In this document: piece by piece, positions 52,478 through 64,000 of the stretch | How the letters are laid out: each line of letters starts with the position of its first letter | How positions within the stretch are numbered: the first letter of the stretch is position 1 | DNA from: Octopus sinensis | Taxonomy: Eukaryota | Direction of reading: 5' to 3' | Assembly: GCF_006345805.1 (NCBI RefSeq) | Contig: NC_042997.1 | Location: 130,820,001 to 130,884,000, forward strand | Length of the DNA: 64,000 bases | Made by a program: the position numbers and the translations under genes | The notes under the pieces: generated by a model | Told to the model about the DNA's origin: nothing | The model's input: only the letters and a program-made list of their open reading frames with translations | Databases searched by the model: none

Positions 52478-54597
52478 ATATCTGCAGAAGAGTACCCCAC
52501 CAACTTTGTTGCCTCATAGCTTCCAGAAAAATGGATACTTTTTAACGAAATTTTCAACAAATACCGCTTAGATGCTGCGAATTCAGAGTATGTAGGGATT
52601 TATGGGAAATAATTTTTTCGAGGGGGTAGGGAGAAGAGTTTCGGAAAATTCACAGGATCAGATTTTTTTTCCTCATAACTTTCAGGAAAATCGATATCTT
52701 TTAATGAAATTTTATACAAATACCTTTCAAACGGCATAGATTACGATTATAAACAAATTTGTGGGGAATTTTTTCCGAGCAGATGGGGAGAGGAGTTTCG
52801 AAAAACGAAGTTTCAGATCAAGAAGACCAAATAAGTTGGAGCTATTCCGTTTTGACGGGGATTTTTCCCATTTTTTTTTAGCCATAGCCTTCGAAATGAT
52901 GTGGGCGGAGAACATCTTTTTATGAAAAAAAATTTTTTTACACCTCCCTGCATCTCATCATCCCACTCCGGACCGATTTTAGCCAATTTTTTTTGCACAT
53001 CAAAATCATGGGGGGAGTCTTTTCGGTAAAAAGAATAAATAAAAAAGAATTTGTTAATATTTTCAGAGGAAAAGTGAGTGATTCAAGGGAGATTTGGCAG
53101 TTGTTTCTAGCACATCCCAAGACAACCCTCCTCATTTCTTTCTCAATCTCCAATATTTTTCAATATTTTTCTCCCCATAAATACATTTATATGCTATGAA
53201 AAAAAAAAAAGATTTGAAAATTTATGATCTTTTTGCAACTCCAATCCCTGTCCCCGATTGTTTCTGTATATAAATTAAAATACTGGAGAGCCTGAGAAGG
53301 TCTTTTCTGGCATTAATCCACAGTGGTATGTAAACGATATTCATTTTAATAGTATACTTTTCTGTTAGAAAATGTATTTTTCTTACATGCATACACGGTT
53401 TCGCTTGATTGAGGTGGGGGTAAAAATTTAAATTACAATTTTTTTTTGTTGCTTATATGCCAGCAACGGAGGCGCGTGTGTTACTTCGGCATCATCATTT
53501 CATGAAATGTGTTTAATGAGAGAAAAATATTCTTTCTTACTCTAGGCACAAGGCCAGAAATTTTGAGGGAGAGGGCCAGTCGATTTGATCGACCTCAGTA
53601 CGCAACTGGTACTTAATTTATCGACCTCGAAAGGATAAAAAGCAAAGTCGACCACGGGGGAATTTGAACTCAGGACGTAACGGCAGACGAAATACCTATT
53701 TCTTTACTACCCACAAGGGGCTAAACACAGAGCGGACAAACAAGGACAGACAAACGGATTATGTCTATTACATCGACCCCAGTGCGTAACTGGTACTTAT
53801 TTAATCGACCCAGAAAGGATGAAAGACAAAGTCGACCTCGGCAGAATTTGAACTCAGAACGTAACGGCAGACAAAATACGGCTACGCATTTCGCCCGGCG
53901 TGCTAACGTTTCTGCCAGCTCGCCGCCTTAATGGCAGAAAAATATTGAGAAAACATCAATACATGTGAGAGCGAAAACGGAGGGCGGTTTGAGATGTGCT
54001 AGAAACAACAGCCAAATCTCTCTTGAATCGTACACCTTTTCCTCTGAAAATATTTACAGTTTTTTTTTAGTACCGAAAAGGCCTTCCATGGTTTTTAAGT
54101 TAAAAATACAATTAGCCGAAATCGGTCCAGAGTGGGATGGTGAATTTCAAAACTTTTCAAAACTTTTTTTCATAAACAGATGTCCCCCATTATTTCAAAG
54201 ACTGTAGTGAAAAAAAAAAAAAATTGGGAAAATTCCTATCAAAACGGAGTTCCAACTTATTTGGTCTTCCTGATCCGAAACTCCGTTTTTTGAAACTCCT
54301 CTCCCCGGCCATCGGAAAATTTTTCCCCACAAATTTCTTTATGCCATTTGAAAGGTATTTATATATAAAATTTCATCAAAAGAAATCCCTGTTTCTGAAA
54401 GTTATGAGAGAAAAAATTCGGATCGTGTGAATTTTCCGAAACTCCTCTCACCACCTCCTCGGAAAAAATTCTTACTAATAAATCCCTATACACTCTGAAT
54501 CCACAGTATCTATACGGTATTTGTTGAAAATTTCGTTAAAAAGTATTCATTTCTCTGGAAGTACAAGACAACAAAGTCGGTGGGGCACACATCTGTA
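52478..54597. repeat. ~2.1-kb inverted repeat (foldback-like) interrupted by a dimeric SINE at 53531-53929
   Basis: 52478-53170 is the diverged reverse complement of 53938-54597; weaker symmetry continues inward to about 53250/53405. Confidence 0.8.
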
Positions 54598-54644
54598 GCT
54601 ACGCCAACAAAAGTATCCCGGTGTTCACAGTAAGGGGTAATAAC

Positions 54645-55273
54645 GCCGAGCTGGCAGAAACGTTAGCGCGCCGGGCGAAATGCTTAGCGGTATTTCGCCT
54701 GTCGTTACGTTGTGAGTTCAAATTCCGCCGAGGTCGACTTTGCCTTTCATCCTTTCGGGGTCGATAAATTAAGTACCAGTTACGCACAGGGGTCGATGTA
54801 ATCGACTTAATACCTATGTCTGTCCTTGTTTGTCCCCTCTATGTTTAGCCCCTTGTGGGTAATAAAGAAATAGGTAATAACGCCAGATTCCACTGCTGAA
54901 ATTTGTAGAAACAACCCCCACAAAACTCTGTATCTTGGGATTGCATGGTCCGATTTACACAAAACTTGTTTTACTCCGTTTATATTCACATTTAAGGGTG
55001 CTTTACTTTCAGAGTATTTTTCCATTATGCGCCGGTTTGGCTATATTAAATTACAGGCGGCGAGCTGACACGCCGGGTGAAATGCTTAGCGGTATTTCGT
55101 CTGTCGTTACGTTCTGAGTTCAAATTCCGCCGAGGTCGACTTTGCCGTTCATCCTTTCGGGATCGATAAATAAAGTACCAGTTTCGCACTGGGTCGATGT
55201 AATCGTCTTAATCCCGTTGTCTGTCCTTGTTTGTCCCCTCTATGTTTAGCCTCTTGTGGGTAGTAAAGAAATA
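54645..55273 (+). mobile_element. Two SINE family A copies with TSDs
   Basis: 54645-54872 has TSD GGTAATAACGCC; 55057-55273 has TSD TATATTAAATTACAG. Confidence 0.85.
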
Positions 55274-55316
55274 TATATTAAATTACAGACAAGATCGCAA
55301 GCAAGCAAGCAATCCC

Positions 55317-55470
55317 AGTAATATTCGTAGCCACTTTAACATGGCTGTCCGTTCAAGCGGTCTCTTCTACAATTTTTTAACCCCAAGAGGACATCTCCTC
55401 TAGGGATTAAAAAATCGCAGTAGAGTCCGCTCGAACGGATAGCCATGTAAAAGTGGCTACGAATATTACT
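55317..55470. repeat. 154-bp hairpin element
   Basis: 75-bp arms with 9 mismatches by manual alignment; 4-nt loop CATC. Confidence 0.9.
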
Positions 55471-55749
55471 TGTCAGTACAACTACTGCGTTGATCACTTA
55501 GAGAGATTTTAGAATTAAATTAGTAGAATATTAAAAAAAATTAGTAGTAAATAGATACTCTTTTACTTGTTTCAGTCATGTGACGGTGGCCATGCTGGAG
55601 CACCGCCTTTAGTCGAGCAAATCGACCCCAGGACTTATTCTTTGTAAGCCTAGTACTTATTCTATCGGTACCTTTTGTCGAACCGCTAAGTTACGGGAAC
55701 GTAAACTCACCAGCATCGGTTGTCAAGTGATGTTGGGGGGACAAACACA

Positions 55750-55795
<46 letters not shown>

Positions 55796-56345
55796 CATGA
55801 CGGGCTTCTTTCAGTTTCCGTCTACCAAATCCATTCTCAAGGCTTTGGTCGGCCCGAGGCTATAGTAGAAGACATTTGCCCAAGGTGCCACACAGTGGGA
55901 CTGAACCCGAAACCATGTAGTTGGTAAGCAAACTACTTACCACACAGCCACTGCTACGCCTACTATAATAAATAGTAAGACCCTTTCATGTGTTTTGATT
56001 AATTACAACCCACTAATGCTACCTGATCTCTATACATTTTTCAAAAGTTTCTACTTGAGCCCTGGGACACTTGAGTTTCTATTGTGTATATGTAATCGAA
56101 AACGCATAATTTCAGTCGAACCGAACACCGGTCCGTTGCAAGATTGAAGGAAAGAGAACAAGTCAATGAAGTCAATCTCAGTATTTGACAGGTGATTTAT
56201 TTTATCGACCCTGAAAGAATGAGATAAAAGCAAAGTTGACATCGACGGGATTTGAACTCAGAACGTAAAGGGCCAGAAAAAACGCTGCTAAGCATTTTGT
56301 CCTACGTGCGAACAATTCTGTCATCTCGCCGCCTTGGTGTATATA

Positions 56346-56503
56346 CGAGGGAGTACTGAAAAGTTCCAGGCTTTAAGGGTGTCGCGAAAGGTCTGGTTGG
56401 GGGGGGGCGAACCTTCCGAGTTCTTTTACCGGAAAGTATGGTAATGGCAAAACTGATTGGGAAAATTGGCTAAAATGGATATATAATACTATAGAGTTTA
56501 AAT

Positions 56504-56537
<34 letters not shown>

Positions 56538-57434
56538 TCGAAATGTACAGTATTATGTATCCATCACGGCTGATCTTACTAATCTTTTTCGCGCAAGGAG
56601 TACAATGAGTGTTATGTAACAATCCGATTATATAACCTTACGCTCGTCAGAGTTAGCCGATACGGAAGGGAATATGGCGGGTGCTCTCTATTGTCGGAGC
56701 TCCGACAACAGAGAGCACTCGCTATATTCCACTCATTGTATTCCTTGCGCGAAACCGATTGGTAAGATCAGCCGTAATGGATATATAATACTGTACATTT
56801 CGGATAATATACCCACTCTATTTGACAGATATACGAGTGCATCTATACCTTGACTTATGGACTCTTAGACGACTCACGCATACACTCACACACACACACA
56901 CACACACATATATATGTATATATGTGTATGTGTGTGTATATGTGTGTGATGTGTGTGTGTGGTGTGTGTGTGTGTGTATATATATATATACAACTTATAA
57001 ATAAGGGCAAACGAAAAAATTTCCAATGGCAAATATGCCGAAATCGGACATATTGTCCATAACCATATAATTTTTCACAATACGCACGCTACTCGAAAAA
57101 AGGTCGACAGAAATTTCTAAAAAATTCCATTATTACCATATCGGACCGATTTCAGGGTTAGTTCATAAGAACTCTCCTTTCGTCAGTGATAAATGTGGCA
57201 AAGAAATAAATGAGATACTTACTCATACCCATTTGGGCCATTGATAAATTTTTTTTTTCGAAAAAATTTTATCCTACATTAAATATAAATATATATATAT
57301 ATATATATATAACTCAAGGACTACTGCAATAAGTGTGTGAATCTGAGAGGGAAATATGTTGGATAAAATCATCATTAACTGATCCTCCTTTATTTTCTTT
57401 TACCCAAAACTAGCAACTTTTCAGCACAGCCTCG
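56346..57434 (+). mobile_element. Mariner-derived MITE remnant hosting palindromic and PLE-like insertions
   Basis: Left end TA-CGAGGGAGTACTGAAAAGTT, right end AACTTTTCAGCACAGCCTCG; KCVNLRGKYVG* (mariner C-terminus) at ~57330-57365. Confidence 0.55.
56538..56803. repeat. Branched palindromic element
   Basis: Outer arms 56538-56611 and 56730-56803; inner 62-nt hairpin 56669-56730 centred on GGAGCTCC. Confidence 0.85.
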
Positions 57435-58684
57435 TCCATCAGTCCTTCAAGCATGCAACTGGATCCGTTAAAATATAACGGGGCCTTTATATTCGTTTCG
57501 ATTGCCACCAACCCTCTTATGTGGCTAGTCTGTTATACATTAACCATATTACTGGGCCCAAGAAAATAATTACAATTCGACACATCAGCAAAATATACAA
57601 TTTGTTAATCAATAGCGACCGGTTTGTATCCACTCTTCCCCATACTACTTAATCTATATACATTGGTCCTTGAAATACGCAATGGAATCTAGCCCAGCTT
57701 GTTTATTTACATATTTATTCACTTAATTTATCTTTTCATTAAAACTCCTTTATAACATATGTTGGAGGCACAATGGGCCAGTGGTTAGGGCAGCGGACTC
57801 GCTGTCGGAGAATCACTGTTTCGATTCCCAGACCGGGCGTTGTGTGTGTTTATTGAGCGAAAAGACCTGAAGCTCCGCAAGGATCCAGCAGGGGATGGTG
57901 GTGACCCCTGTTGTACTCTTTCGCCACAACTTTCTCTCAGTCTCTCTTCCTGTTTCTTGAGTAACGCTGCAATGAACTGGCGTCCCGTCCAGCTGGTGGG
58001 GAACACATACGCCACAGAAACCGGGAAACCGGGCCCATGAGGTGCCGCACTACCTTAATCCGGGGCCTTGCAATTTAACCCTTACCTAGCGAATCTATAA
58101 CCAAGAGCAAAATAATCCCAACGATAACCATGCCCACATTGGAGAGGAGAGGACGGAGTGCAGGTGGGGTGCATTTAAGTGGCCTATTATCCAATGTATC
58201 ATTGCCTTATTCAGTAGTAGTTATGGTGGTAGTGGTGGTGATAGCAGAAGAAGAAACAGAGGAAGTAGTAGTAGTAGTTTGTGAAGAAGTTACTGTTTAT
58301 CTATTTGTTTATTATATCCGTGCGTGCGTGCGTCCGTGCGCGCGTGTGTATGTACGTGTGTCTGTCCGTTTTTGACCTACAAATGTTTATTTCTCAAGAT
58401 CCATTATTACATTGATAGCTTTTTTCCTGTCAACAATAGCGGGATTGGAGGATGGGAAGTGGATTGTAAGAGAAGCTTAAGTTGACAAACGCTTCATTTA
58501 TTGCGGTAGGTGACATCAAACTAACCGGACTTATTGCATCGTTGTCACAGGATGGAGAGCAACACAACAGAGGTAAGAGAATTTTTTTCTTTATATACTT
58601 TTACAGTTTTACATGAAACACTAACACTGAATTTGGTTTTAGTCTTTAAAAACCAGTATAGCTAGTCTATCTCTTTATATTTAC

Positions 58685-58720
58685 AACGTACATACATACA
58701 TTTATGAGTGTGTACATATA

Positions 58721-58817
<97 letters not shown>

Positions 58818-59530
58818 ATATAATATATAATATATATATATGCATACATATATATACATATACACACACAGATATATGTGTGTATATACACACATATATA
58901 TATGCATGTATTTATGATATATATGTATGCATGCTTGTATGCATGTACATGTATGTGTGCATGCATATATGTATACATACATATATATATAAATATATAT
59001 GTGCGTGTATATGTATAAATATATATACATACACACACACGCTCATACGTATGTATGTACGTTACATGCATATAGTATGTATACATGCATGTATGTATGT
59101 ATGTATGTATGTATGTATGTATGTATGTATGTATGTATGTATGCATGCATGCATGCATGCATGTATGTATGTATGTATGTATGTATGTATGTATGTATGT
59201 ATGTATGTATGCATGTATGAATGTATGTATGTATGTATGTATGTATGTATGATGTATGTATGTATGTATGTATGTATGTATGTATGTATGTATGTATGTT
59301 TGTATGTATGTATGTATGTATATGTATGTATGTATGTATGTATGTATGAATGTATGTATGTATGTATGTATGTATGAATGTATGTATGCATGCATGCATG
59401 TATGTATGTATGTATGTATGTATGAATGTATGTATGTATGTATGTATGTATGTATGTATGTATGTATATGTATGTATGTATGTATGTATGTGTGTGTGTG
59501 TATGTATGTATGTATGAATGTATGTATGTT
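58685..59530. repeat. (TA)n / (TATG)n microsatellite field
   Basis: Read directly. Confidence 0.95.
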
Positions 59531-59649
59531 TACTTTTTTCCAATAGCTTCATGCATGCCATTTATGTTATATTTGCTGTTTAGTCCCAGATCAGTCCTGA
59601 TGACTGAGTGGACCCAAGATGAAAAGCACAACCATCCAGATTTTTATAC

Positions 59650-59682
<33 letters not shown>

Positions 59683-59854
59683 ATATATACATATATATAT
59701 GAATAGGAGCAGGCACGTCCATGTGGTAAGAAACTTCCTTCCCACCCACATGTTTCCGAGGTGTCTTCTACTATAGCTTCCAGCGAGCCGACCAAAGCCT
59801 TGTTGGTGGATTTGGTAGGCTGAAACTGAAACTGAAAGAAGCCCGTCGTGTGTA

Positions 59855-59916
<62 letters not shown>

Positions 59917-62607
59917 AAATCTGTTCTGTCTGTGTGTGTGTGTCTTCTAGGATCATGGACATCCTCCATCCGATTGCGCTCAAATTTCATATGTAGATAC
60001 TGGCGGTATCAGGGCGTGTATAAGTCTTGGAAAAATTACAAAAATCGATTCCAGGTGAGAATGCGATCGATAAAGCCGTGGGAACGTACATTTGTACGCG
60101 CAAGTACATCAGCTGTTGCGAACGATACTACGCGAACTTCAGAAAAATGCACGTGCAGTTTGCACAAAAAAAAGCCGGCTGGCTTGAAATAATGCCACAA
60201 AATGCAGTATATTTAAGAAACCAAAAATGTAAGATGCAAAAGAGATATTTTCTTCAAAGTTGGCATGAAGAAAGGAAAGACTATTTGGTTTCTCAAGAAG
60301 TTTTTTTTTTGCCTTAACTTTGTTTAACAAAACCAAAGAATTTAATTGAAATAAAGGCAAGCTTAATTATTTTTTAATGAAAAGAAAACACTGATTGCTT
60401 TTTATTCAGCAGATATGATTCGTGTGTGTGTATGTGTGTGTGTGTGGTGTCGTTGTGTCTGTGTTTGTCCCACCACTATGACTTGACAACAGGTGTTGAT
60501 GTCTTTACGTGCCCATAACATAGTGATTCGGTAAAAGTCATCGATATAATAATTACCAGATTAAAAATAAACGTACGTGGCGGTGGGGGTCTATTTCTTA
60601 GACTAGAATTCTTCAAGGTGTTGCCCCAGCATGGCCGCAGTCTTTTGACCGAAACAAATAAACGATAAGAGAATAAAAGATTGCACGATGCATTTTTAAT
60701 GCATTCTATGCATTTTTTAAGGCGACAGGGATGTAATTTGAGGATGATTTGGCTCCCATTTCTAAGTAGCTTGAGCAGCGTGCAACTCAATGTCCCTGAG
60801 GAATGTGCAACATTGTCGTCATTGGATGCAGAACTGCGTTTGTATGCTACATCTGTTTTGCTTTGTGTTGTTATTGGTGGTGGTGGTGGTGGGATTGCTT
60901 TGGCGTTTCTGGTGTCCCTTTAGAGTTTTGTTTGTTGGCCTTGTAGAATATATGTTGTGTCGTTTTGTCGAATGATGATTTGAATTTTGTATGTGTTGTG
61001 CGTTGTGCTATGTGTTTTAGTGTCAGGTGTTGACTATGGTGAATATTTTACTGTACGAATTGTGTTTATATTATTAAGTGGAAATAGGGCGAGCAGTCGA
61101 CAGAATCGTTTGCACGCCGAACAAAATGCTTAGTGGCATATTGTCCTTGCGTTCTGAGTTCAAATTCCGCCGAGGTCGACTTTGCCTTTCATCCTTTCGG
61201 TGCTGATAAAATAAGTACCAGTTGAGTTCTGGGTTCGATATAATCAACCAGCCCTCCCACCAAAATTCAAGGCTTTGTGCCTGTAGTTGAAAGAATAAAG
61301 TAACAGTTGCATAGCGCGCAATAAGACCGGAGGAGAAATAATAAATTGAGTACAAAAATGCATAAGAATATAGCAAATATGATATATAACCTTGATAACC
61401 TTAAACATATATAAAAAAAAAATAAAATAAAATAATATATCTATCCAGACTAACAAGGAGATCCCAACGTACCGTCCGGGAACTATTTTCAAAAAAAAAG
61501 AATGACAATCTATGTACTCGGGTTGGTAATCCGATATCTTTTGACCAAATCACATCCTAAGCAAGACCCGTTTATTTTAATAGTACAGCTCACACAGTAC
61601 ATATTCTAAACAATTACCACCCGATAATAATACAACCCTCACAGTACATACATAAACACATTTAGTATCCAATAAAATCATTCTACAGATATTTTTACAT
61701 AATTGACAATAACACATCCTACACGCAAACAACTCTTTTCTGAGGGTTATATTCTGAGCTATTTTAAGGGTTGTATGTAATGTTGTAAACCTTAGTATAT
61801 TTTGTTTAATATACTTATCTTTATACATATATGTGTGTATGTGTGTGTGTGTGCGTGTGTGTGTGCGTGTGCTGTGTGTGCGTGCGTGTGAGAAATAATT
61901 AAGATTCAGTTGAATAAGGTATTCAAGTTGAGGCACCAAGTCAGTCTGGTATTATCCGCACAGCTCGAAGTAAGATGAATAAAAAGCAAATAATTAACAA
62001 GGATGTCAAGATATTAGTGCATTACGGCCGTCTCAGGCGGCTCCATTTAATCGAACAATGCAAGCTTTACTTCAATTTGAAATACACCGCCATCTTCGGA
62101 TGCAAAAATATAGGTTTTCAACATACAGGATACTGTATAATTTTTATTCTCTAGTTCTGATGAAATATTTGCTGAAATGTGGTTGGTAAGCAAACTACTT
62201 ACAACACAGCCACGCATGCGCCTATGGTCAAGCCTGCGCCAATGGCCACACCTGCGCCTATGGCCACGCCTGCGCCTATAGCCACGCCTGTGTGTATATA
62301 TATATATAATATAATATAATATAATATAATATAAATGATATATAAATATATGCATACATATATGTACATACCTACATATATATGTATATATGCATGCATA
62401 TATGGTTACAGGACATGAATAAAAACGTGGACAGAATGAGAAACGAGAACATAAAAAACAAAAACATAGGAAACGAATTTTTTTTTCGAACAACGAAAAC
62501 AATAAATAAATAGAAATCGAGACATGCAACATAAAGAACATTCCCTTCTTCAGTTGTCCCCTGTTTTATCTACTCCGCGTTCGAAGGTAAAGAATACTGT
62601 ATATACA

Positions 62608-63094
62608 CAGTAATGCCTCGATACACGGGTTAATTCGTTCCAGAACTCGCTCGCGGAGCGAAAACTCGTAAAGAAAAGCACTAACTTTCCATAATAGCAA
62701 TATTAAGAATCGTAATTCGTACAGCAGCAGAATGTAAAGAATATTTTATGTAAAGTAAGAAGGATGTCAAAATCATTTATAATAAAAGACATTATTGTTA
62801 TAATCGTTATTATTATTATTATAATCTAAATCACTTTCATTCGCATTAGACTCGCGCACACCATCCCGATCGCCGATTTATAAGCACTCGTAGACGGACT
62901 TGTAGATTCTTAAAAAAACAAGTCTAACGTTGTTTGCTGAGAAGAATCTTTTTTTCGCTTTCTATAAATTTCTCAGTAACACGCAGAAGCATTTCTTATG
63001 GTAGTAGAAACTTTTGTACTTCGTTCAAAATTTGGATCTTGTGCTTGAAAAATAAAACTCGTAAAGCAGGTCCTCGTAAAGTGAGGTGTTACTC
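62608..63094. mobile_element. Tigger/pogo-like MITE
   Basis: Ends CAGTAATGCCTCG / TGAGGTGTTACTC, with subterminal AAAACTCGTAAAG repeats. Confidence 0.6.
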
Positions 63095-63356
63095 TACTCA
63101 TTTTAGTCATTAGACTGCAGCCATGTTAGAACAACGCCTTGAAGAATTTTTAGTCGAATGAATCGACCCCAGTAATTATTAATTTTTTTTTAAGCCTGGG
63201 ACTTATTCTATCGGTCTCTTTTGCCGAAGCGCTAATTTACGGGGACGTAAACACACCAACACCGGTTGTCAAGCGGCGATGGGAGACAAGCACAGACATA
63301 CACACACGTGTATATATATATATATATATCCATCCTGCACCTATATTAGAAAACGA

Positions 63357-63480
63357 CAGCGGCGGTAGTGGCCACGGTGGTGGCAGCAGCGGCAGTGGTG
63401 GCAGCAGCGGCAGTGGTGGCAGCAGCGGCGGCGGTGGTAGTTGTGGCGGCGGCAGCAGTAGCAGCGGCAACCGCGCGGTA
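63357..63480. repeat. GGC/AGC-rich minisatellite (18-bp unit GGTGGCAGCAGCGGCAGT)
   Basis: Read directly. Confidence 0.8.
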
Positions 63481-64000
63481 GCTCTTGATACTAATTGATT
63501 CTTGATACTAATTGTTATATATATATATAACAAAGTGAAGTTGTAAGGTACCGCACGAGTGGAAATATAATATGAAAGAAGGTTTGAAAATGCAAAACAT
63601 CTTTAAAATTGCATTTTCAAACCTTCTTTCATATATATATTTCATACATATGTATATTTCATATATGTATATATATAATGGGCTCCTTTCAGTTTCCATC
63701 TACCAAATCCACTCACAAGGCTTTGGTCAGCCCAAGGCTAAAATAGAAGATACTGGTCTAAGGTGCTATGCAGTGGAAATGAACCCGGAACCATGTTGAT
63801 AGAGAGCAAGCTTCTTACCACACAGCCATGCCTGCGCTAGCGTTCTATCTTTTCGTAAAGATATTTGTTCACATTCATTATCATACCTTACGTCCAATCA
63901 CTATTGTCACTGTTTTAAATCTCACGCCTCACATCCTGTTTATTTTCATATCAAAAGCTTTGTGTTTTTTGATAGTTTCTCGACTTCCCCAACGATCATT

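Noticed and set aside
62200-62290. 18-bp repeat array GCCACGCCTGCGCCTATG
   Set aside because: Tandem slippage of a SINE 5' end with no unique spacers; not CRISPR.

Overview
AT-rich, repeat-saturated eukaryotic genomic DNA. The SINE families and microsatellite make-up look like an octopus (coleoid cephalopod) genome; this is recognition from memory, not a database result. I find no credible host protein-coding exon, so the window is probably intergenic or within a large intron, and most listed ORFs are microsatellite read-through. Contents: dozens of tRNA-derived SINEs in four modular families; decayed Tc1/mariner elements (DD37D maT-type, DD34D mariner, and a long-TIR derivative); non-autonomous Helitrons, one retaining a Pif1 helicase C-terminus; hAT, Merlin-like and Tigger-like MITEs; solo LTRs; fragments of Tx1/L1, R4/Dong (RLE), CR1-like and RTE LINEs; Penelope-like stubs with hammerhead-type cores; and several long palindromic elements. 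Most notable are a cluster of different LINEs inserted into (AAT)n repeats, a second RLE family in (ATAC)n, a minimal hammerhead-like motif with a variant core, a fully resolvable nested insertion series, and a dimeric SINE that moved as one unit. Coordinates were read by eye, so boundaries of decayed elements are approximate.
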